A stretch of 39,769 bases of DNA from a virus. Taxonomy: Duplodnaviria; Heunggongvirae; Uroviricota; Caudoviricetes. The DNA lies in the IMG/VR virus record IMGVR_UViG_2541047701_000005, positions 1-39,769 of that record; one strand, 5' to 3'. The translations under genes were made by a program, and so were the position numbers. Positions 25,320-33,942 of the stretch are shown here, piece by piece; positions within the stretch are counted from its first letter, which is position 1; each line of letters starts with the position of its first letter. The notes under the pieces were generated by a model. The model had not been told where the DNA came from. It worked only from the letters and a program-made list of their open reading frames with translations, and searched no databases.

Positions 25320-25606
25320 GGCTTAATCTTCCCCTCCTTCAGCAGTATCGCCTGCGTCCTGATCACGCCTTCGAGGTGGTAAAGTCTGGCGTCTTTGTTG
25401 TCGAGGTTATGGGTGCGTCGGTCGATTTCATCGTGACACGCGCTACAAGCCCATGCGCCGATCAGGTCGTCAGGTTTCATTCCCGTTCCGCAAATTCCAG
25501 CCATCCGGTAATGTGCCAGAACTGTAGTTTCAGGATTGCCATTGCATATGCCGTAAATACGCACCTGGCATTCTCTGCCGCGCGCTTCTTTGCGTAGGTT
25601 AGCCAT
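25316..25606 (-). CDS. ybcO: YbcO-like protein (DUF1364, putative nuclease)
   Basis: 96 aa, Cys/His-rich (CQVRIYGICNG...CSACHDEID), located directly upstream of rusA as ybcO is in DLP12-type nin regions. Confidence 0.65.
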   Translation of the reverse strand: MANLRKEARGRECQVRIYGICNGNPETTVLAHYRMAGICGTGMKPDDLIGAWACSACHDEIDRRTHNLDNKDARLYHLEGVIRTQAILLKEGKIKP

Positions 25607-25811
25607 TTACCTTCCCTCGCAATTGAAGAATTGACTGAAGGTCTTTTTTAATAAATATGCGAGTGCGAATTGAGCAGTAGTTTTCCTTCATTCTGGCGTA
25701 GTAATAGTCCTTTCTTTGCTTAAGCTTGTTGGCATCCGCTGTCATCCAGTCTTTTACAGCAAACTTAATTAACCAGCGGTAACAGAGATACCATTTCAGG
25801 TAATCACTCAT
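25599..25811 (-). CDS. Hypothetical nin-region protein (70 aa)
   Basis: ORF between NinF and YbcO homologs with overlapping start/stop; no recognisable motif. Confidence 0.4.
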   Translation of the reverse strand: MSDYLKWYLCYRWLIKFAVKDWMTADANKLKQRKDYYYARMKENYCSIRTRIFIKKDLQSILQLRGKVNG

Positions 25812-25980
25812 CGTCTTCTTCCTCGTACATTGAGCTATTCGGATCGCTCATCAGTTCTGCGCAGCAATCGGAGCACACGTGAACTTCCAGCACATGTAGC
25901 TTCTGACCGCAGTTAGCGCACGTTAAAGCCCGCTCGACGCTTTCTTTCTGGTATTGAAGGGATTGGGATGGACTAAGCAT
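25804..25980 (-). CDS. ninF: NinF
   Basis: Internal start MLSPSQSLQYQKESVERALTCANCGQKLHVLEVHVCSDCCAELMSDPNSSMYEEEDDE closely resembles lambda NinF (Cys4 zinc-ribbon-like). Confidence 0.75.
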   Translation of the reverse strand: MLSPSQSLQYQKESVERALTCANCGQKLHVLEVHVCSDCCAELMSDPNSSMYEEEDDE

Positions 25981-26374
25981 GGCTTTCACCATTAAAAAGT
26001 CGCTTGTAAGCATCAATGTCTCGTTTTGCTTCACCAAGCTTTCGTCTTAATTCCATGTTTTCTGATTCAAGCTTTTCCATGTCTTGCTGGTATCGATCGC
26101 GGTGTTCTTTCCATGCTTTTTGATACGCCTTCATGTATGTCGTATTGGCCTTTCTCTTTGCCTGACGAACTGCGTGGTGGTTTTTCACAAACCAGTCAGG
26201 GTCGTTAAATGCTGCTCTGGCGCTTGCATACCAATAATTTGTTGCCTCCCTGTTTAGCCAATAAATACTGATAAATGGCAACTGTATCGACACCATTTTT
26301 CGTTGAGACTCTATCTCGCCAAACATGTGCCCTTTTTTGATGCTAAGGCCAAATCCAGGTTGAATTAAAAGCAT
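25973..26374 (-). CDS. Hypothetical nin-region protein (133 aa)
   Basis: Internal ATG at 26374 with GAGGAA RBS just after the NinE stop; basic/coiled C-terminal half. Confidence 0.45.
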   Translation of the reverse strand: MLLIQPGFGLSIKKGHMFGEIESQRKMVSIQLPFISIYWLNREATNYWYASARAAFNDPDWFVKNHHAVRQAKRKANTTYMKAYQKAWKEHRDRYQQDMEKLESENMELRRKLGEAKRDIDAYKRLFNGESHA

Positions 26375-26376
26375 TG

Positions 26377-26553
26377 TTATTTCCTCGCACGATGTCTTAG
26401 CCACCGGATATCCCACAGGTGAGCCGTGTAGTTGAAGGTTTTTACGTCAGATTCTTTTGGGATTGGCTTGCGTTTATTTCTGGAGCGTTTCGTTGGAAGG
26501 TATTTGCAGTTTTCGCAGATGATGTCGGTGATACTTCGTCGCTGTTGTCTCAT
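26377..26553 (-). CDS. ninE: NinE
   Basis: [58 protein letters not shown] is near-identical to lambda NinE. Confidence 0.9.
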   Translation of the reverse strand: MRQQRRSITDIICENCKYLPTKRSRNKRKPIPKESDVKTFNYTAHLWDIRWLRHRARK

Positions 26554-26996
26554 ACTGCCCTCCCTGTTCGTTGTGACCACTCGTACTCTCGTCGGGAATC
26601 ATCACTCCATCGCACGTTGCGCTCTGAGCCGAACCAGAACATGATTTCGATAAGCTCAGTCATGCTGGCCTTTCGCATTTTGCTGGTACGCACGCCAAAC
26701 ATGACAACGCCACCGTCGATACCAGGCGCACTTCGTTGCTTCAGTTTTTTGGTCTTAAGCCACAGGGCAGTGAACAGGTCTTTCCAGTCTTCCGGCGCCA
26801 GCCGTTGACCATGCCATAGCACCTGACGCGAAACATCGTTCAGCATCGGCCACATACGGTCATTCTGCGCTTTGCTGCGCTTGGGTTCTTTAACGTGGAC
26901 TTCGTGAGGTGACCTGTCGTCGATCGGAAGTGAGAGTATTGCGTCTATGGCGTTATTTCTGATTGCTTCGTTGCGAAGCATGTATATTTGCTTCAT
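26550..26996 (-). CDS. ninB: NinB (recombination-associated, Orf-family)
   Basis: 148 aa; DQNRKLW-like core ([24 protein letters not shown]) and C-terminus matching lambda NinB. Confidence 0.85.
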   Translation of the reverse strand: MKQIYMLRNEAIRNNAIDAILSLPIDDRSPHEVHVKEPKRSKAQNDRMWPMLNDVSRQVLWHGQRLAPEDWKDLFTALWLKTKKLKQRSAPGIDGGVVMFGVRTSKMRKASMTELIEIMFWFGSERNVRWSDDSRREYEWSQRTGRAV

Positions 26997-27330
26997 CGAA
27001 ATTCTTCTCTTTAATTCCAGCGGCTCTGATAGCTTTCATTACTGCAATTACCGTTTTGTCTCTCCCATCCTCATAACCCATCGCATAAGCACCTTCTTCA
27101 CCATCTTTCCAAAAGTCGTCATTCGATTCGGGCCAGTCGATATCCAGTTCAATAGCTGCTCGCGATGCCTGCCACGTTTGCCAGTGGCCTTGAACATCGT
27201 CCATCACGTATTGACCACCAATATCACCACTGCCAATTTCATGGTGATTTTCAGGGTAACGGATAAGGTCTGAAGATTCGCCTCCACGTCGCAACCAACT
27301 TTCTTCAAACTGCTTTCTTGATTCGTCCAT
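26953..27330 (-). CDS. Hypothetical protein (125 aa), acidic
   Basis: ORF upstream of ninB with 44-nt overlap; Asp/Glu/Trp-rich; no recognisable motif. Confidence 0.4.
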   Translation of the reverse strand: MDESRKQFEESWLRRGGESSDLIRYPENHHEIGSGDIGGQYVMDDVQGHWQTWQASRAAIELDIDWPESNDDFWKDGEEGAYAMGYEDGRDKTVIAVMKAIRAAGIKEKNFDEANIHASQRSNQK

Positions 27331-27347
27331 CGATACTTATCCTCAGT

Positions 27348-27554
27348 TCAACTCAAAAAACGCCACGCCATTTTTGCTACAGCGACAGGCATAACACCGA
27401 TAATCACCCAGACAAATGCAGCGCAAAACAACGTACACCATGGCTCTTTACCGTCATTAACAAGACGAATGTAGCCATGCAGAACAATAAAAAACGTCAG
27501 AAGAATCCATCCAACGCCAACGCATTTGAGTGCGACGAGCATAAACTCAGCCAC
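27348..27554 (-). CDS. Small hydrophobic membrane protein (68 aa, two predicted TM helices)
   Basis: Two strongly hydrophobic segments; precedes the hypothetical at 26953. Confidence 0.4.
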   Translation of the reverse strand: MAEFMLVALKCVGVGWILLTFFIVLHGYIRLVNDGKEPWCTLFCAAFVWVIIGVMPVAVAKMAWRFLS

Positions 27555-27571
27555 GATTTACTCTCCCCCAA

Positions 27572-27600
27572 ATAAAAAAGCCTGCGATTACCAGCAGGCC
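27572..27600 (-). terminator. Intrinsic terminator (GCCTGCTGGTAATCGCAGGC hairpin plus TTTTTTATTT on minus strand)
   Basis: Inverted repeat GCCTGC...GCAGGC followed on the minus strand by a U-tract; lies between ren and the small membrane-protein gene. Confidence 0.5.
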
Positions 27601-27627
27601 TGTTATTAGCTACAGTGATGTAGATGG

Positions 27628-27918
27628 TCATTGCCTTACCTCCATAAGCGCCCTATTAATAAACGCCGTCATTGGATTTGCACATCCCCACCCCGTACCA
27701 TCTGGATTTCTTTTAATTGGCTCCTTCTTCACTTTGCGTTTTGCATAAATAACCGTCTTCCACTTACGCTCAACAACACTCAAATGCCCTTGTTTCACCA
27801 TATGCCTTGCTGCTTGAGCGATTCTGTTATTTGGTATTCCGGTGATCAGTGCTAATTCATGTGGGGAGAATTGTTCATGAGTTTTCAGATATTCCAGGAT
27901 GATTTCTTTTCCAGTCAC
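27628..27918 (-). CDS. ren: Ren-like protein
   Basis: 96 aa, N-terminus MTGKEIILEYLKTHEQF matches lambda Ren (MTGKEAIIHYLGTH...), same length and same position downstream of the replication genes. Confidence 0.7.
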   Translation of the reverse strand: MTGKEIILEYLKTHEQFSPHELALITGIPNNRIAQAARHMVKQGHLSVVERKWKTVIYAKRKVKKEPIKRNPDGTGWGCANPMTAFINRALMEVRQ

Positions 27919-28808
27919 GATCTGCTCCTGTAACTATCCCATGTAAACGCAAGAGTGCACCCGCCGCCATCATTCATTCTGTCAATAACACGCTCACCAA
28001 TGAATGCCGAAAGTTCATCTTTGCTCTGATTACTAATCAGGATTGTTGGCTTCATGTATTCATATCTGGTGTTGATAATTTCGAACATGATTAGCTTTTC
28101 AGCATCACTGCCGAACTGCACGCCAACCTCATCGATTATTAACAAGTCAGGATGCGTAAATTGCCTAATGACTTCTTCTTCAGTTCTGGTTGCGGCCTTA
28201 GACCATGTTGATTTGTACTCTCTGGCAATTTTCAACGCAGTGGTAAATATCACAGAGCTTTGATGCTCGATAATGGCGTTCCTAGCGATAGCCAGTGCAA
28301 GATGGTTCTTTCCAGTTCCAGGCTTACCACACATGACCAGTCCGCCACCTTTTTGAAGGCGTTCAGGCCACTTACTGGCATATGCCTGGCATACCTTAAG
28401 AACTCGCTTTGCATCATCGTTAACAGGCTCATAATTCTGAAGAGTGCAATTTTTGAACCTCTCTGGAATATTGAGAGAATTCAACAAGTATTCAATTTTT
28501 GATTGTCTTGCTCTTTGTTCTGCCTGCTCACGTTCAATCTCTTTCTTACGAATTTTCTCCTCAAGGCACTGTGGGCACTCAGATTTACTTGAAGTAATTC
28601 TTTTTCCTGAGATGGTCAGATATTTCTCATAGGAAGTATATTTACCGTGTTTCTCGCACTCTTCCACTGTGCTGGTAACTGACATTCCATCTGATGCTGA
28701 TCCAATTTTGCTAAACTCAAGTTTCTGTTTCAGATCAGAAATGTCATTGATTTTTGAGTCTACAAGTTGCCTTTGCAGTGCCAGATTGTAACCATTTGTC
28801 GTATTCAT
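27915..28808 (-). CDS. Replication protein, DnaC-like helicase loader
   Basis: Start at internal ATG 28808 (GGAG RBS, overlaps the O stop). Walker A GKPGTGKNHLALA and Walker B LLIIDEVG; N-terminal Cys-rich zinc-finger-like region (CPQC). Confidence 0.8.
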   Translation of the reverse strand: MNTTNGYNLALQRQLVDSKINDISDLKQKLEFSKIGSASDGMSVTSTVEECEKHGKYTSYEKYLTISGKRITSSKSECPQCLEEKIRKKEIEREQAEQRARQSKIEYLLNSLNIPERFKNCTLQNYEPVNDDAKRVLKVCQAYASKWPERLQKGGGLVMCGKPGTGKNHLALAIARNAIIEHQSSVIFTTALKIAREYKSTWSKAATRTEEEVIRQFTHPDLLIIDEVGVQFGSDAEKLIMFEIINTRYEYMKPTILISNQSKDELSAFIGERVIDRMNDGGGCTLAFTWDSYRSRS

Positions 28809-28810
28809 AT

Positions 28811-29656
28811 TCACTCCTGCGCCCATGAAGGCATTTCAGTTTGTCCGTAATCTTTAGCGGCAAAGTTTTCCTGCATAGCTCGATGCTGCGGCCTAGGTTG
28901 AGGTTTCCCCTTTGGAGTCTTGGGCTCAAAAATCCCCTGCCAACCACTGGCGATGCTCTGGTTTATAATTTCTTCAGGTGTATATCCCTTCTCCAGACTT
29001 CTGCTTAGAACGTTGATAGCCTGAGTGACACTTTGCTTAGACTTGATCGACTTACCTATCTCCTTGCGATAGGTAACCCACGACAACCATGTTTCTGCTG
29101 ATAACCAATCAGGCAACTCTGTTTCTAGCGGGTCGAACTTCTGAGAAACTTTTTTGGGGGATATAGGGGGTTTATTAATATTTTCTTTTGTCTTTAAAGA
29201 ATGTCTTTTGTGTGTCTCTAACTTCGAGACATTGAGTGTCTCTAATTTGGAGACATTTTTTGTCTCTAACTTCGAGACAAAGTTGCTAACTTGGAGACAC
29301 TTGCTGAATTGCCACGCAGATACCTCCCTGTTTACACCGATTTTATTTCCATCCATAAACAAGCAATTCATTGAAATCAGTTCTTTTTTAGCCTTGTTAA
29401 CATTCTGCCTTGACAGTCCTGTTAACTGAGCAATTTGCTCATCGGCTATTCGATCTGTTTTCTTATTGAATCCATATGTTTTCCGGACGTAGGCCAGCAT
29501 AACTTTCAACTGGCGAGCGGTTAAATCGGCACTTGCGATAGCTTCCAGCAGCTCGTTAGCGAATCTGGTGTAACCATCATCGATATCAGCCACTCTTAGC
29601 TCCTGTTCGGCAAAGTTACCTCTGCCGAAGTTGAGTATTTTTGCTGTATTTGCCAT
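28811..29656 (-). CDS. O: Replication initiator O-like protein (lambda-O-type N-terminal domain)
   Basis: N-terminus MANTAKILNFGRGNFAEQELRVADIDDGY is near-identical to lambda O; the internal repeated peptide SKLET corresponds to the DNA iterons. Confidence 0.85.
   Translation of the reverse strand: MANTAKILNFGRGNFAEQELRVADIDDGYTRFANELLEAIASADLTARQLKVMLAYVRKTYGFNKKTDRIADEQIAQLTGLSRQNVNKAKKELISMNCLFMDGNKIGVNREVSAWQFSKCLQVSNFVSKLETKNVSKLETLNVSKLETHKRHSLKTKENINKPPISPKKVSQKFDPLETELPDWLSAETWLSWVTYRKEIGKSIKSKQSVTQAINVLSRSLEKGYTPEEIINQSIASGWQGIFEPKTPKGKPQPRPQHRAMQENFAAKDYGQTEMPSWAQE
29161..29299. repeat. Replication origin: four ~19-bp iterons (TGTCTCTAAcTTcGAGACA type) with ~24-bp periodicity plus adjacent AT-rich region, inside the O gene
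   Basis: Iterons at about 29213-29231, 29237-29255, 29261-29279 and 29283-29299; each is internally palindromic (TGTCTC...GAGACA); AT-rich stretch 29161-29212. Confidence 0.8.
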
Positions 29657-29688
29657 AATGACTCCTGTGGATTGATCCAGTAATGACC

Positions 29689-29988
29689 TCAGAATTCCAT
29701 CTGGATTTGTTCAGAACGCTCGGTCTTGCACACCGGGCGTTTTTTATTGGTGAGTCCATCAAGCGCATACTTAAAAGCCCTGCTAATCGGACTGATATCT
29801 GATGCCATTCCGAAAGCACACAGGACCGAAGCAATAAATCTCCAGTCCGTTCTGCTTATCTTCGATTCATGACAGCCAATCATCTTTGCCAGACCGCGCT
29901 GTGTAAGCGTTGACAGGTTGATGAGTAAATCTGTTTCTGCGCGATCAACGTCGCGCTGTGATAGTTTGCTGTAACTTGTTTGTTCCAT
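29689..29988 (-). CDS. cII: CII-like transcriptional activator
   Basis: 99 aa; C-terminus LTNKKRPVCKTERSEQIQMEF is near-identical to lambda CII (ILTNKKRPAATERSEQIQMEF); N-terminal half diverged. Confidence 0.8.
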   Translation of the reverse strand: MEQTSYSKLSQRDVDRAETDLLINLSTLTQRGLAKMIGCHESKISRTDWRFIASVLCAFGMASDISPISRAFKYALDGLTNKKRPVCKTERSEQIQMEF

Positions 29989-30007
29989 TTCTTACTATTT
30001 CCATAGG

Positions 30008-30087
30008 TAAATAATCACTAATACTCATCTTTCGATGAGTGATTAATTAGTTACCGCGTTGTCGGCGGTGCAGATTGATAAAGAGCG
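30008..30087 (-). promoter_or_regulatory. nutR (boxA CGCTCTTTA; boxB ACCGCCGACAACGCGGT, P22-type GACAA loop) followed by tR1-like hairpin
   Basis: Minus-strand boxA at about 30079-30087, boxB stem-loop at about 30053-30069, hairpin ACTCATC-GAAA-GATGAGT at about 30023-30040 between cro and cII. Confidence 0.55.
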
Positions 30088-30094
30088 GTGTTAC

Positions 30095-30304
<210 letters not shown>

Positions 30305-30321
30305 TTAGTGCATGCAATCAT

Positions 30322-30385
30322 TATCACCGCTAGAGGTAAAATAGTCAACACGCACGGTGTTAGATATTTATCCCTTGCGGTGATA
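30322..30385. promoter_or_regulatory. Right operator OR1-OR2-OR3 with PR/PRM (lambda-type)
   Basis: 17-bp sites TATCACCGCTAGAGGTA (30322-30338, cro-proximal), CAACACGCACGGTGTTA (30346-30362) and TATCCCTTGCGGTGATA (30369-30385, cI-proximal). The latter two match lambda OR2/OR3 as I recall them. Confidence 0.85.
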
Positions 30386-30392
30386 GATTTAA

Positions 30393-31109
<717 letters not shown>

Positions 31110-31116
31110 CACGTAA

Positions 31117-31554
31117 ATGATTAAAGAACGTATTTCTTATATCATTCCGATTGCGATGGATGAAGGCAACCCCGTAACTCCAGTTCTTATCTATGAAATG
31201 GATAAAGACTCCCATGAAGTGGATCTGTCATTTGGCGCTTTTTTTATCGGCCTTAAGGCTACAAAAAAATATTCCATAGGCATTGAGGTTTTCAATGCTC
31301 AAGAAATACCGATACCAATTGACACAAAACTGTACTCCAACCATAAGTTTTTTACGGTAGCAGAAGCCAACGATGGAGAAACCATCGTATCAACTTCTAT
31401 GAGAATTAACTTCCCAAGGGTGAAAATTATCAAGCCTGGGATATTCGAAGTTAGAGCATCACTGGTTAATCCTGAGAAAGGCGAAGTAATTGATGTAAAA
31501 AGTTCGTTTTTTGACGTGAAGATAACAGGATCAGTTCGCGATGAGTTTAGATAA
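31117..31554 (+). CDS. Hypothetical protein (145 aa) in the rexA position downstream of cI
   Basis: ORF starts 8 nt after the cI stop; AT-rich codon usage; no resemblance to RexA that I can recognise. Confidence 0.5.
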   Translation: MIKERISYIIPIAMDEGNPVTPVLIYEMDKDSHEVDLSFGAFFIGLKATKKYSIGIEVFNAQEIPIPIDTKLYSNHKFFTVAEANDGETIVSTSMRINFPRVKIIKPGIFEVRASLVNPEKGEVIDVKSSFFDVKITGSVRDEFR

Positions 31555-31660
31555 CAAGGTTGCTCAGCTTCGTCCAAATCAAAACATATCTCGCCCAATT
31601 GGACACTATTCCACTGATGATGCATACTCTCGGCATGGTGGAGGAAACGGCGGAGGTAAC

Positions 31661-31912
31661 ATGCTTGAGGCTAGAGTTGCAAAGCTAGAGTCTGATGTTG
31701 AATACATCAAGCGCGATCTCGCTGAGGTAAAATCAGATATAAAATCTGTTGATTCTCGTCTGTCAGGTATTGAGACAAGTATTAGCTCAGCAAAAACCAC
31801 CATTAAGGCATCTGCGGTCGTTGTCAGTTTCGTGTTCGCATTTTGCGCCTACATTTTTGGAAGTTATGTTTCCAAAATCCTTGATGCCTTAAACGGACTC
31901 GTTCTTAAGTAA
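31661..31912 (+). CDS. Small coiled-coil membrane protein (83 aa from the GGAGG-preceded ATG; 123 aa if started at 31541) in the rexB position, XhlA-like architecture
   Basis: MLEARVAKLESDVEYIKRDLAEVKSDIKSVDSRLSGIETSI is an amphipathic coiled coil, followed by a single C-terminal TM helix AVVVSFVFAFCAYIFGSYV; the RBS GGAGGT sits 4 nt upstream of ATG 31661. Confidence 0.45.
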   Translation: MLEARVAKLESDVEYIKRDLAEVKSDIKSVDSRLSGIETSISSAKTTIKASAVVVSFVFAFCAYIFGSYVSKILDALNGLVLK

Positions 31913-31918
31913 CACACA

Positions 31919-31945
31919 ACCCGGCCTCAGTGCCGGGTTTTCTTT
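31919..31945 (+). terminator. Intrinsic terminator ending the cI-cassette transcript
   Basis: ACCCGGC-CTCAGT-GCCGGGT hairpin followed by TTTCTTTG, directly after the stop codon at 31912. Confidence 0.65.
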
Positions 31946-32096
31946 GCCTCTCGATCCCCCTTCCCAACAACACATAACCATTTGTATTTATTGGAAAACT
32001 AATAGATACAACTTGCTAAACAGTGCAATTCTGATCCCTCACCTACCTAACAATTCACCCCTGCAAAAAATAAATCCATATAAAAAACATACAGAT

Positions 32097-32160
32097 AACC
32101 ATCTGCGGTGATAAATTATCTCTGGCGGTGTTGACACAAATACCACTAGCGGTGATACTA
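32097..32160 (+). promoter_or_regulatory. Left operator OL3-OL2-OL1 with PL (-35 TTGACA, -10 GATACT), lambda-type
   Basis: AACCATCTGCGGTGATA, TATCTCTGGCGGTGTTG and TACCACTAGCGGTGATA at about 32097-32157; PL hexamers overlap OL2/OL1; transcription is rightward toward N. Coordinates approximate. Confidence 0.8.
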
Positions 32161-32204
32161 AACACATCAGCAGGACGCTGGAAGCCAAACGGAACAGATT
32201 GGCA

Positions 32205-32239
32205 TGCTCTTTAACTTCGATGGGGCGCTGACAAAGCGC
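32205..32239 (+). promoter_or_regulatory. nutL: boxA (TGCTCTTTAA) and boxB (GCGCTGACAAAGCGC, P22-type)
   Basis: boxA-like sequence followed 10 nt later by a 5-bp stem / GACAA loop hairpin matching the P22 boxB as I recall it. Coordinates approximate. Confidence 0.6.
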
Positions 32240-32403
32240 AAACAGATACCAAACGAGATGGGTTTGGGATTTGATGAATGTGCAGGTCGATGCACTAACG
32301 CTTAGCGGTGAGCACCTGCCTTTGGGGCAGGATGGGTAGCCGCAATCAGGAGATCGACACCTGACATCAAATCACCAAAGCCATTTCACATGGAGAAAAG
32401 AAA

Positions 32404-32523
32404 ATGCTGGAAATTATCACCAACCCAATTCTCGGTGGGGCAATCATCACTTTCGCAATCGGAATCGGATTCACTATCTGGTCTGAAGTAGATGACTGGA
32501 TGTGGGAGCGCAAAAACAAATAA
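32404..32523 (+). CDS. Candidate small ORF (39 aa, single TM helix) in the PL leader between nutL and N
   Basis: ATG preceded by GGAGAAAAG; translation MLEIITNPILGGAIITFAIGIGFTIWSEVDDWMWERKNK; below the ORF-track size cutoff. Confidence 0.3.
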   Translation: MLEIITNPILGGAIITFAIGIGFTIWSEVDDWMWERKNK

Positions 32524-32563
32524 TCATCGACACACATTCATGTGTGTCTTCACGGAGGTCATC

Positions 32564-32872
32564 ATGGCGGTAATCGTGTACGGGAAATCAACATTCGCAG
32601 GAAATGCCAAAACTCGCCGTCATGAGCGGCGCAGAAAGCTGGCTATCGAGCGTGATGCCATCTGCAACATCATTGATTCTATCTTCGGCACAGACAGTGA
32701 GGAACCTGTTCAGAAAGGCACGAGAAAGCGTTTAAGCCTTTCTGAAAAAGCAATATCACTCGGCAACATTCGTAACCAAAATACCGACGAATGCAGTGGA
32801 AGTATTTGCCTGCCAAACGTAGCCATTTACGCGGCAGGCTACCGGAAATCAAAACAACTGACAGCGAGGTAA
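32564..32872 (+). CDS. N: Antiterminator N (P22 gene 24-type arginine-rich motif)
   Basis: Internal ATG 32564 with GGAGG RBS; GNAKTRRHERRRKLAIERD matches the P22 N boxB-binding arginine-rich motif; located downstream of PL/nutL. Confidence 0.8.
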   Translation: MAVIVYGKSTFAGNAKTRRHERRRKLAIERDAICNIIDSIFGTDSEEPVQKGTRKRLSLSEKAISLGNIRNQNTDECSGSICLPNVAIYAAGYRKSKQLTAR

Positions 32873-32876
32873 TTAT

Positions 32877-33237
32877 GGGTCAGGAAGAAAAATATGAGCT
32901 TAAAAAGCTCATTGAAGAAGACGCCATAGAAGAAATTGCAGCATTAACAACAGCTATAAAGAATATTAGGTATGCGCTAAATACGCTTATCTCCTCATGC
33001 GACAAAAATAGCAGGGAATTTTTGATACTTGGCGCAGCTCTAGGAATAGTTGATGCGGCAACGCTTCACCTAATTACTCATGACGATATTCTTATTGAGC
33101 CGTATGAAACACTACTGCTTGTCAGGCAAAAAATGGCTGATGCCGCAGCAAATGGAGACCTTCAACTTTACATCGACTTAAGGAAAGCATTAAGGCGAAT
33201 GGTCAGAACTGAAGGAGATATCCCCCTGACAAAATAA
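32877..33237 (+). CDS. Hypothetical protein (120 aa) between N and cIII
   Basis: Internal ATG 32877 with GAGG RBS directly after the N stop; helical, acidic N-terminus; no recognisable motif. Confidence 0.45.
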
Positions 33238-33427
33238 GGGGGTGAGAGGATTTTACTATTTTTCTCGCTGTAGGGGTACACGAGAACCACCGAGCCTGAT
33301 GTGGTTAAAAGACAGGCATACTAATAAACACAGCACTGTGTATTCATTCCAACGAGTGAATACACGGAGCAATGTCGCTCGTAACTAAACAGGAGCCGAC
33401 TTGTTCTGATTATTGGAAATCTTTTTT

Positions 33428-33452
33428 GCCCTCCAATGTGAGGGCCTTTTTA
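33428..33452 (+). terminator. Intrinsic terminator (GCCCTC-CAATGT-GAGGGC plus TTTTTAT), tL-like
   Basis: Perfect 6-bp GC-rich stem followed by a T-tract, in the early-left operon between the 120-aa ORF and cIII. Confidence 0.55.
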
Positions 33453-33517
33453 TATGCATACCAATAACGCTTCACTCGAGGCGTTTTCGTTATGCAATCA
33501 AACAGAAGGAGCATCCT

Positions 33518-33688
33518 ATGCAACAGTTCGCTATTGCAGGGGCGGCATCGGTTCGCCCTTTCAACCCAATTTTATCGGTGCAGCATTCACGAAAAAACAT
33601 TTTAACCGGAGCAGACTTTAAACAACCAAGAATGAAAAGTTTGCTCGAAAAGCTTTGGGATATTTTGAAACAACAAGGCCGTCCATGA
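33518..33688 (+). CDS. cIII: CIII (FtsH inhibitor) homolog
   Basis: 56 aa, internal ATG with GAAGGAG RBS; MQQFAIAG...SLLEKLWDILKQQGRP resembles lambda CIII (MQYAIAGW...RLIDILNQPGVP). Confidence 0.7.
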   Translation: MQQFAIAGAASVRPFNPILSVQHSRKNILTGADFKQPRMKSLLEKLWDILKQQGRP

Positions 33689-33855
33689 GTTTTACAGATA
33701 ACTGGTCAGACGAAGAATTCATTCGTCAGATGAAAGAATTAATCGGTAACGAAGGAGATATTCATGTCACTTGCAACCACAGTGAAGGAGAGCAAGTTAC
33801 AGAGACGCATGTACACGCAGCAGGCGTTAATGTATCGCCAGAAGGGAGATCGTGA
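33685..33855 (+). CDS. Hypothetical small protein (56 aa), Kil-position
   Basis: ATGA stop/start overlap with cIII; acidic; no recognisable motif. Confidence 0.35.
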   Translation: MSFTDNWSDEEFIRQMKELIGNEGDIHVTCNHSEGEQVTETHVHAAGVNVSPEGRS

Positions 33856-33942
33856 AGGTGTTCGCGTATTTTTAAATGCGGCAAAGACCGAAGTATTAAA
33901 TCAGCGTTATTTACTTGGGCCGTGTCCATTCTGAGGTGAATT

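Noticed and set aside
29161-29299. Short repeat array considered as a possible CRISPR array
   Set aside because: Repeats are ~19 bp, internally palindromic, with 5-bp spacers, and lie inside the O gene; this is an iteron-type replication origin. No cas genes in the window.
33829-33942. 36-codon ORF (MYRQKGDREGVRVFLNAAKTEVLNQRYLLGPCPF) upstream of the annealase gene
   Set aside because: Overlaps the end of the preceding ORF in another frame, has no clear RBS and no recognisable features; too weak to call.
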